Below are positions 14,776-26,801 of a DNA stretch of 64,000 bases, one piece after another. The notes beneath the pieces were generated by a model. The model did no database searches, was not told the origin of the DNA, and was given only the letters and a program-made list of their open reading frames with translations. The stretch's first letter is position 1, and each line of letters opens with the position of its first letter. Origin of the DNA: Octopus sinensis (taxonomy: Eukaryota); the NCBI RefSeq assembly GCF_006345805.1, contig NC_042999.1:51956001-52020000 (forward strand). Direction: 5' to 3'. The position numbers and the translations under genes are program-made.

Positions 14776-15790
14776 TATGAAGGGTGTGTTAGTGTATTTT
14801 TTTATCTATGCCTTCGAAACAAACTCATTTAATTTCCTACACCGAGATGACTCTCTCACAACCAATCATAAGACACCAGCCAAATTTTAATGCACCTCCA
14901 TTTTGTTTGCTTCCATATTTCGCACAATTATTTATTATTTCACTTTTCCATGTCTTTACAATATTTTTTCCTATTCCATGTAGCTATGTTTACAATATTA
15001 AAGTCTTCTATATATTACCGTCTGTAGCTTAAGTTAAATAGCCACCAAATTATTCTCGTTCCTATGAACTCTTTAACCAAAGGTTCGAAAATACACCACA
15101 CTAATTCCGTTTATTCTCTAAGGTAACAGAAAAGAATATTATTATCATATTTTATTAATATTATTGATAATAGTTGATGATTTATTTTCCTTCTCATCTA
15201 TTTCTTACATAGATTTCTTTACTATTTACATTAATAATCTTTTCCATCTATGGTAAACCTATTTACACATTAACAAATCTAGTTTCTTTTGGAAATAATA
15301 TATTTTTCTCCTCTTTTCAAAGCAATCATATAAACATGTCTCCATCTGTCCTCTTCCTTTGCATTCTCTTTCTTAACTCACACATTTTCTTCCCAGTTAA
15401 AAAAGACTGAATCAAGTTCTACAAACTCCATTTCTATTTCTACAAACTCCATTTCTCTCTCTCTTTCTCCTTACTCTCTTTCATTAATTTTTATTTTCTT
15501 TCTCCTAACTGTCTTTGTAAACAAATCCTATTTTTCAACCCGCCAAGTTTACTGGTTTATTTGTAATTCTACTGTTACGCAATCGGTTGTGTCCTTATAA
15601 GGAAACCTTAGTTTAACATAACTCCACCTCAATTTTGTCTATATAGTCCTCAGTCGTACTTGGCAAAAAATATCTTAAACACGATTTCGTTACAAAAGTT
15701 CAAAACGGTGTGTTTCAAAGGGATATATAATATATAAATATATATATTATATATATTTATATATATATATTTATATATATATATATATAT

Positions 15791-15821
<31 letters not shown>

Positions 15822-16242
15822 ATATTTATATATATGCCTTCGAAACACGCCATGTCTGCTAGTAACAGCTGATGAAGGGGATTTTTCCTTGTGTAGCATG
15901 TCCTGAACCTCGTTTTTCTGCTGTACATAATGTTTTTCCCGTTTTCGTTTTCGTCCTGTTTCACGTCTCTGTCCTTCTGTTGTAACAAAATGGCTTTTCC
16001 GTTTTCGTTTCTGTTGAGTTTTACGTCTTTTTGTGGTGTCCTGTACGTATATATATTTATATATGCATGTATATATACATGTAGATGTCGGTACGTACAT
16101 ATATGTTTGTATGTATGCATATATTTTATTTATTACACTATTGTCTGACAGCGCTTCGCGTCGGGTTCGTTTGAATTTTCGATTTTTCGAATTTTCGCTT
16201 CCTTCCGTCTTTTCCTCCCATTTGTTTTATAGTTATATATAT

Positions 16243-16290
<48 letters not shown>

Positions 16291-16709
16291 TATATATATA
16301 TATGTTTGCATGCATGTATATATATATATGTTTGTATGTATACATATATGTGTATAACGTGTGTGTTTGTATGTATATTATTTGTATATATTTATATATA
16401 TGTGTGTGAAAGGGAAAATGAAGACATTTTTCATTTCTCTTATATATATATATATACGCCGAGACTCTTTCAGTTTCGTCTGCCAAATCCACTCACATGG
16501 GTTATGCGCATATATATATATATATATATATATTATATTTATAGATATATATATAATAGAAATAGGTTTCAAAGAAAAAAGAGTACACGTGGTATATAGG
16601 AAAGGAGAAAGTAAAAAGAAAAAAAGAGAAAATGCACATTATATAAAAAATGATGGACTTTTATGAAACGAAGATGGTATATATTAATATATATATATAT
16701 ATAATATAT

Positions 16710-16741
<32 letters not shown>

Positions 16742-16761
16742 CATATATAAAATAAATTTAT

Positions 16762-17065
16762 AAATAAGGATAATATCGATATTATCAAGTGGCCAGCATG
16801 GGAATAAATACCATACAAGGGTAATAATTTTTTACAACTAAAAATAAGAGTGTCTGAGAGACACCACCATGCCGAAATAGCAGTCAAATCCCTGACTCTA
16901 AAAACCACCTTAAGTGTTCATATCGCACCATGAGATAAGACAGAGGGACAAAATAGACTAGCAAAAAGATATTACTGAATAATTCCAGATCCTGGATTTC
17001 TAGCTTTGCTTCAAATAAGCTCTGCTTCATCTGTTGAATATATCAGATGGGCACATATATATAAA
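16762..17065 (-). mobile_element. Short non-coding pLTR-like element between AT microsatellites, with degenerate HHR at 16983-17038
   Basis: Homologous to 46776-47100. Minus strand: ttcaa-CAGATGA-agc...gct-a-GAAA-TCCAGGA-TC-tggaa. Confidence 0.65.
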
Positions 17066-17084
17066 TAAATAAATAAATAAATAA

Positions 17085-17160
<76 letters not shown>

Positions 17161-17312
17161 CAAACGTTATACTTACATATACGGACGTCCATACATAAAT
17201 ATATATGCACGTTTCTACAAGGTCAGTTCAAATTGCTCGCCAACCACCTCATAAGCACGATATGGTCAAAATAAACGCCGCAGTGAATATAGTGGCGAAT
17301 TATATTATTTAT

Positions 17313-17418
17313 AAATAAGGATAATATCGATATTATCAATTTAAAGTGGTTTTTAGAGTCAGGGATTTGATTGCCATGTCGGCATGATGGTGTCTCTCAG
17401 ACACCCTTATTTTTAGTT
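17313..17418. repeat. Rearranged partial copy of the 16762 element (27 bp direct plus 78 bp inverted)
   Basis: 17313-17339 repeats 16762-16788; 17341-17418 is the reverse complement of 16837-16913. Confidence 0.8.
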
Positions 17419-17511
17419 ATATATATATATATATTTACATTTCATAAAAAAGCCGCTATTTTTTATATCCAATGTGCATTTTCTCTTTTTTCTTCTTGCC
17501 TTCACACACAC

Positions 17512-17572
<61 letters not shown>

Positions 17573-17630
17573 CACACACACCATATATATATATATATAT
17601 ACAGTATACATACATTTTTGTATAAAGAGT

Positions 17631-17925
17631 AATGATCCCCTTCTGTCATGAGTGGCCATGGGATTTTACCTCGGCAGTTCTCCGAGTCACAAGTCCAGAC
17701 AAGGTTGTTTATGGAAGGCCAGTCGTCACCCATGCATACCAGTCTCTCCTCTTCACGCCACTGATGTTATTCAAGGGGAAGGTAAAGGGGCCGATACGGC
17801 TTGGCACCAGCGACGTCGTAACACGTTTATTTAACTGAGTAAACTGGAGCTATGTGAAATAAAGTATCAGGTTGAAGAACACTACTCAGAGCCCGATTTA
17901 ATACCCGACGCTCTAACCACTGAGC
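17631..17925 (-). mobile_element. tRNA-derived SINE, family C
   Basis: Reverse-complement homolog of 58489-58785 (GCTCAGTGGTTAGAGC head, CTTTATTTCAC..GCTCCAGTT core, GGTGCCAAG body). Confidence 0.8.
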
Positions 17926-17930
17926 TCTAA

Positions 17931-20224
17931 CCAGACCTTCAGAAAATTAATTAATTAAATTAAAAACTACTTGAAAGTCGAATCTATTCGGAGGTAAAGA
18001 TATACAAAATAGGTGTTCAATTCCTGCATGTTGAGTAAACAGCTGCGAACCGTTAATTGATAAAATTTATACATAAAGAACATAGTGTAAAAAATGGTAG
18101 AGTCCTTAGAAGGGGAGTAAGGCTGTGTATACTGGAGTTGTAAATTTATATTTATTACTTACCAGGTATATACGTTTTATTTTTATACAAGTATTTGTAT
18201 TTTATCCTCTCTTATTCATATTGCTTGGATTATTAATTTAATTACTATATATTATTATAAACTCCATATTTATTTTGTACACATGCTATGTTTACAGTAT
18301 ATCTTGCACCTATCTCATAATGCTTCAACTTTATTGTTCCATTATTGTAGTTAATAATTACAATGTGCATTTGTCTATTCATAACTAAAATTTTACAGCT
18401 AACCTTTTCATTATTTTCTGATTAATTGGCTTTACCAGTTAAACTATATTTGGTCCTATTTCCCCTTATATATATAAACTATAATTACAGCTTTTCTTAT
18501 ACCTATCTCCCATTAAATTAAACATTGTTCCTTCTATTCTTCCAGCATTTTATTAATTAAATATTTTATTTTTTCTTCCTATTATTGGTAGAATGTTTTA
18601 ATCCACTTAACTTATTATTCAACATAGTATTTTTTACCTCATACCTTTGCACTCCTCTCTAAGAATGTAATATGCATATTTTCTATCTAGGACAATTTAC
18701 TTATTCGCTTTGCTTAACTATTTATTAAGTACATCTTCTTGACTGTTTGTTTTCAATTGGTTTTCCTATTTGGCCCTTTCTCCACCTACCCCCTAGCATG
18801 CAAAATGATATCTTTTATAATTCTTCTGTATCCTCCTCTCTCTCTTTAAGCGTATGTCAATCTCATGTATAATAATCTTAATGTTTTTTCTATCTACTTA
18901 CATGAATGTTTACATTCACCGGATCGTATTTTGTGTATGCGTCTAATTTAGATTGTTCCTAGATTGTGAACGCTCTTCCCTTCTAAATTAGCTTCATTGT
19001 GCAATATGAACCAAATCTGTAACAATTTCCTAACTCACTGTAAAGAACACTTATTTAGTTCTACCTATTTTCATTTTGGTATTTCCCTAAATTAGATTAT
19101 TCGTAGATTTTCTTTAGCCATTCACATCTATATGAATATCTACTTCCGGTTTTGAGGGCTTTATATTTAATTATTTATATATTTAACTGTTTAAATATTT
19201 TCTTTGATAAATTTTAATTTAACTTGCTGAATTAACCAAATATAAACCCTTATTATCTCTTTTATTTGCATACTTTTATTCCCTTTAATTCATAATTTGT
19301 ATTTATTTATGTTAAATACTATATCTCCGTACCTGAGCAACTTAACATATTTGCATCCGGCATCTCACCAAACGAACGCTGCGTATCTGAAATTTTAAAA
19401 TTAAATTTTGTCCAATAGTTCTTTATCTTTATTAGACTTTCTCCGCTTTCCCTAATTCATAATTGTAAATTTATGTTAAATACTAGATTCAGTAATGAGC
19501 AATTAACAATTTGCATCGGCATCTCACCAAACGAACGCTGCGTATCTGAATTTAAAATAATTTTGTCCAATAGTTCTTATCTCTTATTAGACTAGTTCAT
19601 AATAAATATTTAAAGGGTGAAAGGTAATGATTTATAATTCTTTATTCATTCGCTTATTTTTCTCTCTCTATTCTCACTTTTTATCTATTTTGATTTATTT
19701 ACCTTACTTTATTCTTGTTTTTATTTTATAATTTTTATGTACCTTAATTTTAAGTTAATATTCTTATTGATCTTTTCACACTTTCGATATTTATAATAAA
19801 TAATAAATTGCCTGAATTTCCTCCACCTTAATTGAATATTAATAGCTATACAGACTTGAATTAAACCCTACATGCTAATTTTATATTGATTTAATAAGGA
19901 TAGACATAATAGCACAATATGACCTTTTTACCAATTGTATCTACTTCAGCTTTCTTATACCTAACACCCCAGATGAATATATTGTTATATTCTTATTTAC
20001 AACTCCAGTATACACAACCTTACTCCCCTTCTATGGTCTCTTCATTTCTTGCACTATGTTCTTTATTTATAAATTTTATCAGTTAACGGTTTGCAGCCGT
20101 TTACTCAACATGCAGGAATTGAACGCCAATATCTTTATCTACCTCTGATGAGATTCGACTTTCAAATAATTTTAAATTTGATTAAGTAATTTTCTGAATG
20201 TCTGGAATTGAAACAGCTGTAAGG
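17931..20224. mobile_element. About 2.3-kb element bounded by ~213-bp inverted repeats, with an HHR in the right arm
   Basis: 17931-18145 is the reverse complement of 19995-20205 (roughly 80-85% identical by eye); AT-rich interior with no recognisable ORF. Confidence 0.7.
20142..20224 (+). ncRNA. Type-I hammerhead ribozyme with extended helix II loop
   Basis: CCT-CTGATGA-GATTC-(~48 nt)-GAATT-GAAA-CAGCTG-TA-AGG: intact core, GUA triplet, palindromic helix III, 3-bp helix I. Confidence 0.7.
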
Positions 20225-20311
20225 GATAGTTGTCAATTTTTTAACTAATGATTTATTAATTAACTCTCTATTTTCTCGTCTTATTATTATTATGATTATA
20301 TTATTATTATC

Positions 20312-20355
<44 letters not shown>

Positions 20356-20585
20356 TATATAATACATATCAGGGTAAGAAAAAAATTTAGAAAATGTCTA
20401 CTACCAGTGGCCCAGCTTGTAGAAAATAGACTGTATATTATTCATATAAATACTGTGTATATTTAAGCACATAAGAGATGACCATCATAGGACACCTAAC
20501 ATGCTAGAAGGAGTAGCCAAATCCAAACCACTACTAGGGACAAAATTCAAAGGGAAAGGAAATTGAAAACATTTACCATCTATCT

Positions 20586-20655
20586 CCTGGACCATGGTTT
20601 CTAGCTCTAGACTAGCAAATAAAATAATTTGCTAGGCGGCCCCTTCATCAACAGG
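20586..20655 (-). ncRNA. Type-I hammerhead ribozyme variant (C3U) in a short AT-flanked element (~20370-20670)
   Basis: CCTG-TTGATGA-...-GAAA-CCATGG-TC-CAGG: perfect 4-bp helix I, GUC triplet, 9-bp hairpin CTAGCAAAT/ATTTGCTAG inside helix II. Confidence 0.65.
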
Positions 20656-20769
20656 TACGCAAAGGTTAACATATAGATACGAGGCAATACAGCATGTGCT
20701 CGTGCTTATACAGTATAATCTTTCAAATGCACTGCGCTAGCGTAGTTTTTTGTCGGCAGTAAATAATAT

Positions 20770-20800
<31 letters not shown>

Positions 20801-20852
20801 TAAGCACAATTTATTCGCGATCAGAGTTGTTCGAAAACGAGGTACTACTGTA

Positions 20853-20891
<39 letters not shown>

Positions 20892-20897
20892 TATCTA

Positions 20898-20946
<49 letters not shown>

Positions 20947-20962
20947 GTCTGTCTATCTATCT

Positions 20963-21007
<45 letters not shown>

Positions 21008-21609
21008 GTATCTATCTATCTATCTACATACATTATATCGATAGATATATGTGTGTACTTATCTATTTATATATCTCTCAGTAGATATATGAGCAGTGTA
21101 TGTTAGTCCACTCCCGCCATCAGACCTATCAGATGAACAAGGAGCATGAAACTGCTCGGTGGGTCACACGTCAGATGTGGAAGTGATCGGAGAACAACGT
21201 GAAATATAATGTTTTGTATCGCTCCTCTCCGGGAATCGAAATGACGATCTTGCAATCGTTACACCTTAATCTCAATGTTATATGCTCCCACACACAGCAG
21301 ACTCACAGCAGACATACACACACACACACACCACACTCAAACACGCACCTACACGCACATACACACACACTTAGACAGCTTTGTGGAGACTAGAGACGAA
21401 GAATTAGTCTGAATATTTGGTGTTGGTGTTACCTGAAGAAAAGTATTTTCTTGTTGATTGTTGTGAGGTCAAGATCTGTTAATCCGATCAGCTGACACTT
21501 GGAAATCTTCTTACTGGATTTAGTATTTGGTATCATTTTCTCTCCAGTTATTGATGCTGATTTTCTGAATCAGCTGCTGTATCTTTGAGAAATCTGTATA
21601 ATACACACG

Positions 21610-21667
<58 letters not shown>

Positions 21668-22265
21668 TGATCAAATCGAATAATCGAACATTAAAACCAA
21701 CAATAACGAAACAACAAGCACATGGAATGAAATACTTTATCGCTCGGTAAAGGTGGACAAAAAAGAGACGATTTTTGACGTTTTGAGTTTTAACTCTTCG
21801 TCATAGAGGAAAACAGAAAAGTTCAGAGAAAGAAAACTATCAGTTCAGAGAAAGAAAACTATCGTTAACAGTACGTGTATAGTTACATGTATGAAGTGGC
21901 TGGAAGTGGAAAGGGATAAGGAAAGTGGTTTAGGAGGCCAAGGGAGTGTGATGATGACCACTGCGTGTGTGTGTGTGATAGTATCTGTGTGCGTGTGTGT
22001 TAGAGTTTATGTGAGTGAAGTATGTATAAGGGAGTGAATCAACGACCATGTTAGTGGCTGGCGTTCCATTCGGTGGTGACAGGCGAAATAAATGTGTGTG
22101 TGTGGAGGGGTTGGCTGTGTGTACGTATGTGAGTGTGAGAATATGTGTGTATGTGCGTATGAGTGAGTGTAGAATTGTGCGTGTGTAGGCATACGTATGT
22201 ATATGTATATATATACATACCAAGAAATACACACATATGTATATATGTGTGTGTGTGTATATCTA

Positions 22266-22356
<91 letters not shown>

Positions 22357-22433
22357 GTATACCGGAGTAAACACATAAATGTGAAACAAGGTGGAAAAAA
22401 GAGTACTCAAATACCAGTGGTAGAGTAATATGT

Positions 22434-22588
22434 TTTATTTAAAGCAGCAGAAAATTCAACAAAACCTGTTTCTGAGTTTCACGTTCCCGTTCGTCGGACA
22501 GTTTTTTTCTAGCAAAAACTGTCCGACGAACGGGAACGTGAAACTCAGAGTAACAGGTTTTGTTGAATTTTCTGCTGCTTTAAATAAA
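22434..22588. repeat. Foldback palindrome (73/75-bp arms, 7-nt loop) carrying head-to-head HHR copies
   Basis: Arms 22434-22506 and 22514-22588 are exact reverse complements apart from one 2-nt indel. Confidence 0.9.
22519..22556 (+). ncRNA. Minimal type-I hammerhead ribozyme (U4C core variant)
   Basis: CTGT-CCGACGA-ACG-GGAA-CGT-GAAA-CTCAGAG-TA-ACAG: 4-bp helix I, GNRA-capped helix II, near-palindromic helix III, GUA triplet. Confidence 0.7.
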
Positions 22589-23552
22589 TTATATATATAT
22601 ATATATTATTTGCGTTTGTATTTTCTTGCTCCAATCGCTGAATCGCTGGCATGTGCGAGGACAAAAACCGTTTCTGGCGGAATGCGAAAGAAGTAAAGTG
22701 ATTCTGTTGTTTTTGTGATTTAACTCCAAGTCAACCCTGAGTCAATAAATTTATGATCAAAGACGCCACGCTTCGGACATCTCGGTTTCCTTTTATCTAT
22801 ATAAAGCTTACATCTCTATAAGCTCAAACTGTATGCTGAGTTTTCAGGGAGATTTGGGTATTATTTCTAACACCTCGAATGACTATAGTAATACCTCTTC
22901 CAATCAGATAAAGTTCATAAAAGGATATAAAAATAAGAAATGTTTTGCACAAGAAATTTTGTCAGATATTTTCAAATGATGGTGTTTTTCGCCTGAAGCT
23001 ATTTTCTCTTCTTTATGAATTACAGATTTCACAGATAATGCAAGTGTCTCTTAACATTATTTAAAATTTTAATACTTGTGCTTTTACATGATTATGTTTG
23101 GCTTTCATAGTTAAACCTTCAGCAGAGAAATAAGTATTGTGCTTCACGAGATTTAGGATTTGTCACGTTCTTCTTAACATTCTAAAATTAGAGCGGTACA
23201 TGAAGTGAGTTCTACGCACAAACAGTCTTGCAGTAGTTCGTCACGTTCCGAGTTCGGACCAAAGCGAGAAGGACTCTATCATTAATGCGTCCAAGGTTAA
23301 TGAAATAATTATTAGTGAAATACGAGTCGGTTAATTTATCTAAATTCATATTACTCTCAAAATGTTTCAAGTTTCTTTCAAAATGGTCCATGTCTTCTTG
23401 GAGGAAATATATGTGGATACTTATGGATGAAAACATTCCACTTGTCATCATACACCCTTTGTTTCAAACACAGAATACTAAGAACTACATTAATCAAAGT
23501 ATACACCCTGCCGGAAGAATAACCACTTAGAGGTAACAGCTTACTATAATTT

Positions 23553-23788
23553 TAGACGGAAACAGAAAGAAGCCTGTCGTATACGTGTATACCTATGTGT
23601 GTGTATATCTTTGTGACTATGTGTGTGTGTTTACGTCTCCGTAACTTAGCGGTTCAATGAAAGAGACGGATTGAATAAGTACAGTGCTGAAAAAATGTAC
23701 TGATGTCGATTGGTTCAGCTAAAATTGTTCAAGGCGGTGCCCCAGCATGGCCGCAGTTCATTGACTGAAACAAGTATAAAATAAAAGA
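23553..23788 (+). mobile_element. SINE family B, 3' part
   Basis: Homologous to the reverse complement of 58847-59251; ends GGCGGTGCCCCAGCATGGCCGCAG..TGACTGAAACAAG. Confidence 0.75.
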
Positions 23789-24997
23789 TTACGTTTCGTT
23801 TTCAGGAGATTTGCCCCGTGCAAATGCCGAGAAACGAAACCGAAATACTTCCACCGGTCAACTGATTCGAACACCACACTCAGCATATTTATTTCTTCAA
23901 AATAACTTATTAAAAACATAGTTAAATGGTGCAATTGAAGAATCATTGAAAATAATTTATATTCCAATCTGAAGAAAATTAGAAAAGTCGATATTTTGTA
24001 TTGTAAAAAAAAAAACAAAAACAAAAAAAAACTCAGAATAATCAACACATCTTTTTCACGCTATACCAACCAATCTTTCTATAACTTAGCAGTGAATATT
24101 TTTAGTTGAATCAACAAGGAGACACGCATTGCTTCAGTATTTATTTCGTGTTGTCATTGTTTTTAATATTTAGTTTAAAAAATCAGAGTAACCTCACACG
24201 GGAAACCTAAAAAACTGCCACAAACAATCGAAGAAAATTGGTGCTAATACAATGAAGTAATTAAATAACTCTATTCCTGCGACAAACAGACTTCTTTGTA
24301 CCTAACTTATCTGGCTCGCAGACACATCTCTGATCTGAAGCTAGCTGAGCTGTTCTCATCTTAGCAGAAACCAATTAAAGTCTCCTGCTATTGCGATGTC
24401 ATGGTGATGAAAATATTACGAAGAAGAAAAAAAAACAACCAAACCAAATTCCAACATTGAAAATATCTTCATATCGATATCAACAGCTACATCAGTTTCG
24501 ATAGAAACTGATCTAGCTGTTGATATATATCTGTGAATTATGTATTTAATTAGAGATAGTTTAGAGCGCTAAACTATTTTTAGAGTTATTTCTTATAAAA
24601 TTTAATCATAACTCGACACGAAACCCTCCCCGCCTCTCAGCGCACCCCTTTTATTCATATACACTTGGCCACCCGTGTTCAGGTGTATAAATTAACAGCA
24701 GTGTCTGCTTATAGATTATATATGAAAGTGAGTGTTAATAACATCGATACATAAACATATATACCTGCTGTAATATATTAAACAGGTAAACAAACAGTTA
24801 CAAAGCAGTCATTGTATGCACAAACAATGCTTGGCAGCCATGTTTTTTTAAGCGACAACATCTAAACAATGGCAATATTGTTTGTTGAAATTCTTGTGAA
24901 CAATAAATCAGACAGTTTCCTCTGAGACACCTATGACGTACAGATTTAACAAGAATGTGTTGATAGGGTAGAATTAGTAGCTAAATCTCTCACAAAT

Positions 24998-25200
24998 ATT
25001 GGTTTCAAATTTTGGCAAAAGGCCAGCAATTTCACGGGATAATGTAAGTGGTTTACATTGATCACAGTGCTGAACTAGTACTAATTATATGGACCCCAGA
25101 AGGATGAAAGACAAAGTTGACCTCGGCGAAATTTGAACTCGGAACGTAAAATCGGAAGAAATAGCCAATTTCCTTAAAATATTGTCCTGCCGGATTATAA
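24998..25200 (-). mobile_element. SINE family A, diverged
   Basis: GGATGAAAGACAAAGTTGACCTCGGCGAAATTTGAACTC core on the plus strand. Confidence 0.7.
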
Positions 25201-26712
25201 ACAAGAAAATAGACATACTTGATGGTTTTAGATAAACTTTATTTAGAGGGTCATGACAGGGACTGCCATTATAGGCCTGAAGGATTAGGAATGATCTAAA
25301 GAGATGGTCATAAGAGATGGTCAACGCTATCGCCAGCGCTGCCGCCTACGCCACTTTCGTCGTCGCCGCCGCCGCCACTTCATATGCAGACCATCCATAT
25401 CGGGAGACTTGCTGTTGTTCACTTCCTAAATAGCACATTTGACTTCTAATGAAGGAATCTCTACTAGAAAATCTTTGTTAGATCTCTATAGTATTGACTC
25501 AATGAATTATTTATCAACTTCTGACAACCGATTTTAAAGTTCTTGAAAGTGTGCATCCATCTGTCCTATGAATAAATTTGTCATCTTTAGTACGTGATGG
25601 AGCAATAGGAGAAGACGAAGGACCGCATGCTTCACGGAGGAGTCTGTAATAATATGGTGTTGCTCGAATTATAGCCAGACTGAATTTCATCAGCTTTAAT
25701 CTCCCGCCAAGATTCCTGGATTAATCGCTAAATACGAGACTTCACATATTTAAGTGAATTGGTAAATTTTATCCTTCTTTTTGTGGTGGGGAAGCATCTT
25801 TGAGAAAAGTCGAAGATGCTCTCTTCTTTTCAAACAGAAACGTGTCGATCGTGTCCCTTTCATTAAACCAATCTTGACGTAAAACCAATCACATCAGCAC
25901 AAACATTACAGTCTTCAGTCATTTTCACATTCCAATATTTCCAATGTTTGACCTCACAATCTTTCAAGCAGCCAAGAGTCAACCTCTTTGCCAGAGCATC
26001 CCCCACTTACATCCTAACTTTGTCTTTACCATGAACTTAGCCTTTGCTCTAACGAGGCCATAGTAATTCCAACACTCAGCACCACTCAACGAATAAAAGA
26101 TGCACATACCACGAAGGTCAAGCCAACAATCAGTAAGATGCCACTATTTTGAATCAGGATGCACCCATCTGGTCTTATCTTTCTGTTACCGCATAGTATT
26201 TCCAATACAAAAGCCCAATTCAGCTTACATTTACAACAGAAGAATCCCATTGTCATTACACTTGTCTATACCGTGTTTGCCAATACACGTTCCATGCATT
26301 AAAGTCCCTTCTTACTCATCCATTAAAATCACCAACAACGATCATTTTGTCGGATTTGGGAACCTTCCTGACAAATTCTTTCAGAAACATGTAGAATAAT
26401 TTTTTTTCAGTTTCAGACAAACACATAGGTGGAATATACACACTAACAAAAGTTACAATATACTCATTGATCAACGGAAGTCTTATATACATAAGTTTAT
26501 TACTGACTCATCATGGACATTTTTCCAGACCTGATACGACACACTAATTTCCTTCTTATACTCCTCGCATTTACAACTTCAGTACGAAGTAAAGCCACTT
26601 TTCTATAAAATGACCTTCATGTACAAAGCTGGTTTCTGAAAATGTTGTAATACCTCTGTTTGCAACACTGCAGTTCCTCCTTTGTTACAGATGTTCTTTC
26701 AGGACATGCTCT

Positions 26713-26779
<67 letters not shown>

Positions 26780-26801
26780 CTCTCTGTCTGTCTCTCTCTC
26801 T

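Noticed and set aside
15836-15880. GAAAC..GTC..CTGATGAAGG as a permuted (type II) hammerhead
   Set aside because: Helices I and II cannot be paired in the canonical register.
21775-21810. Minus-strand ATGACGA-a-GAGT-taaa-ACTC-AAAA-CG-TC
   Set aside because: Probably a dead relative of the 31.7-kb motif, but it has two core mutations and no helix I, so it is not called.
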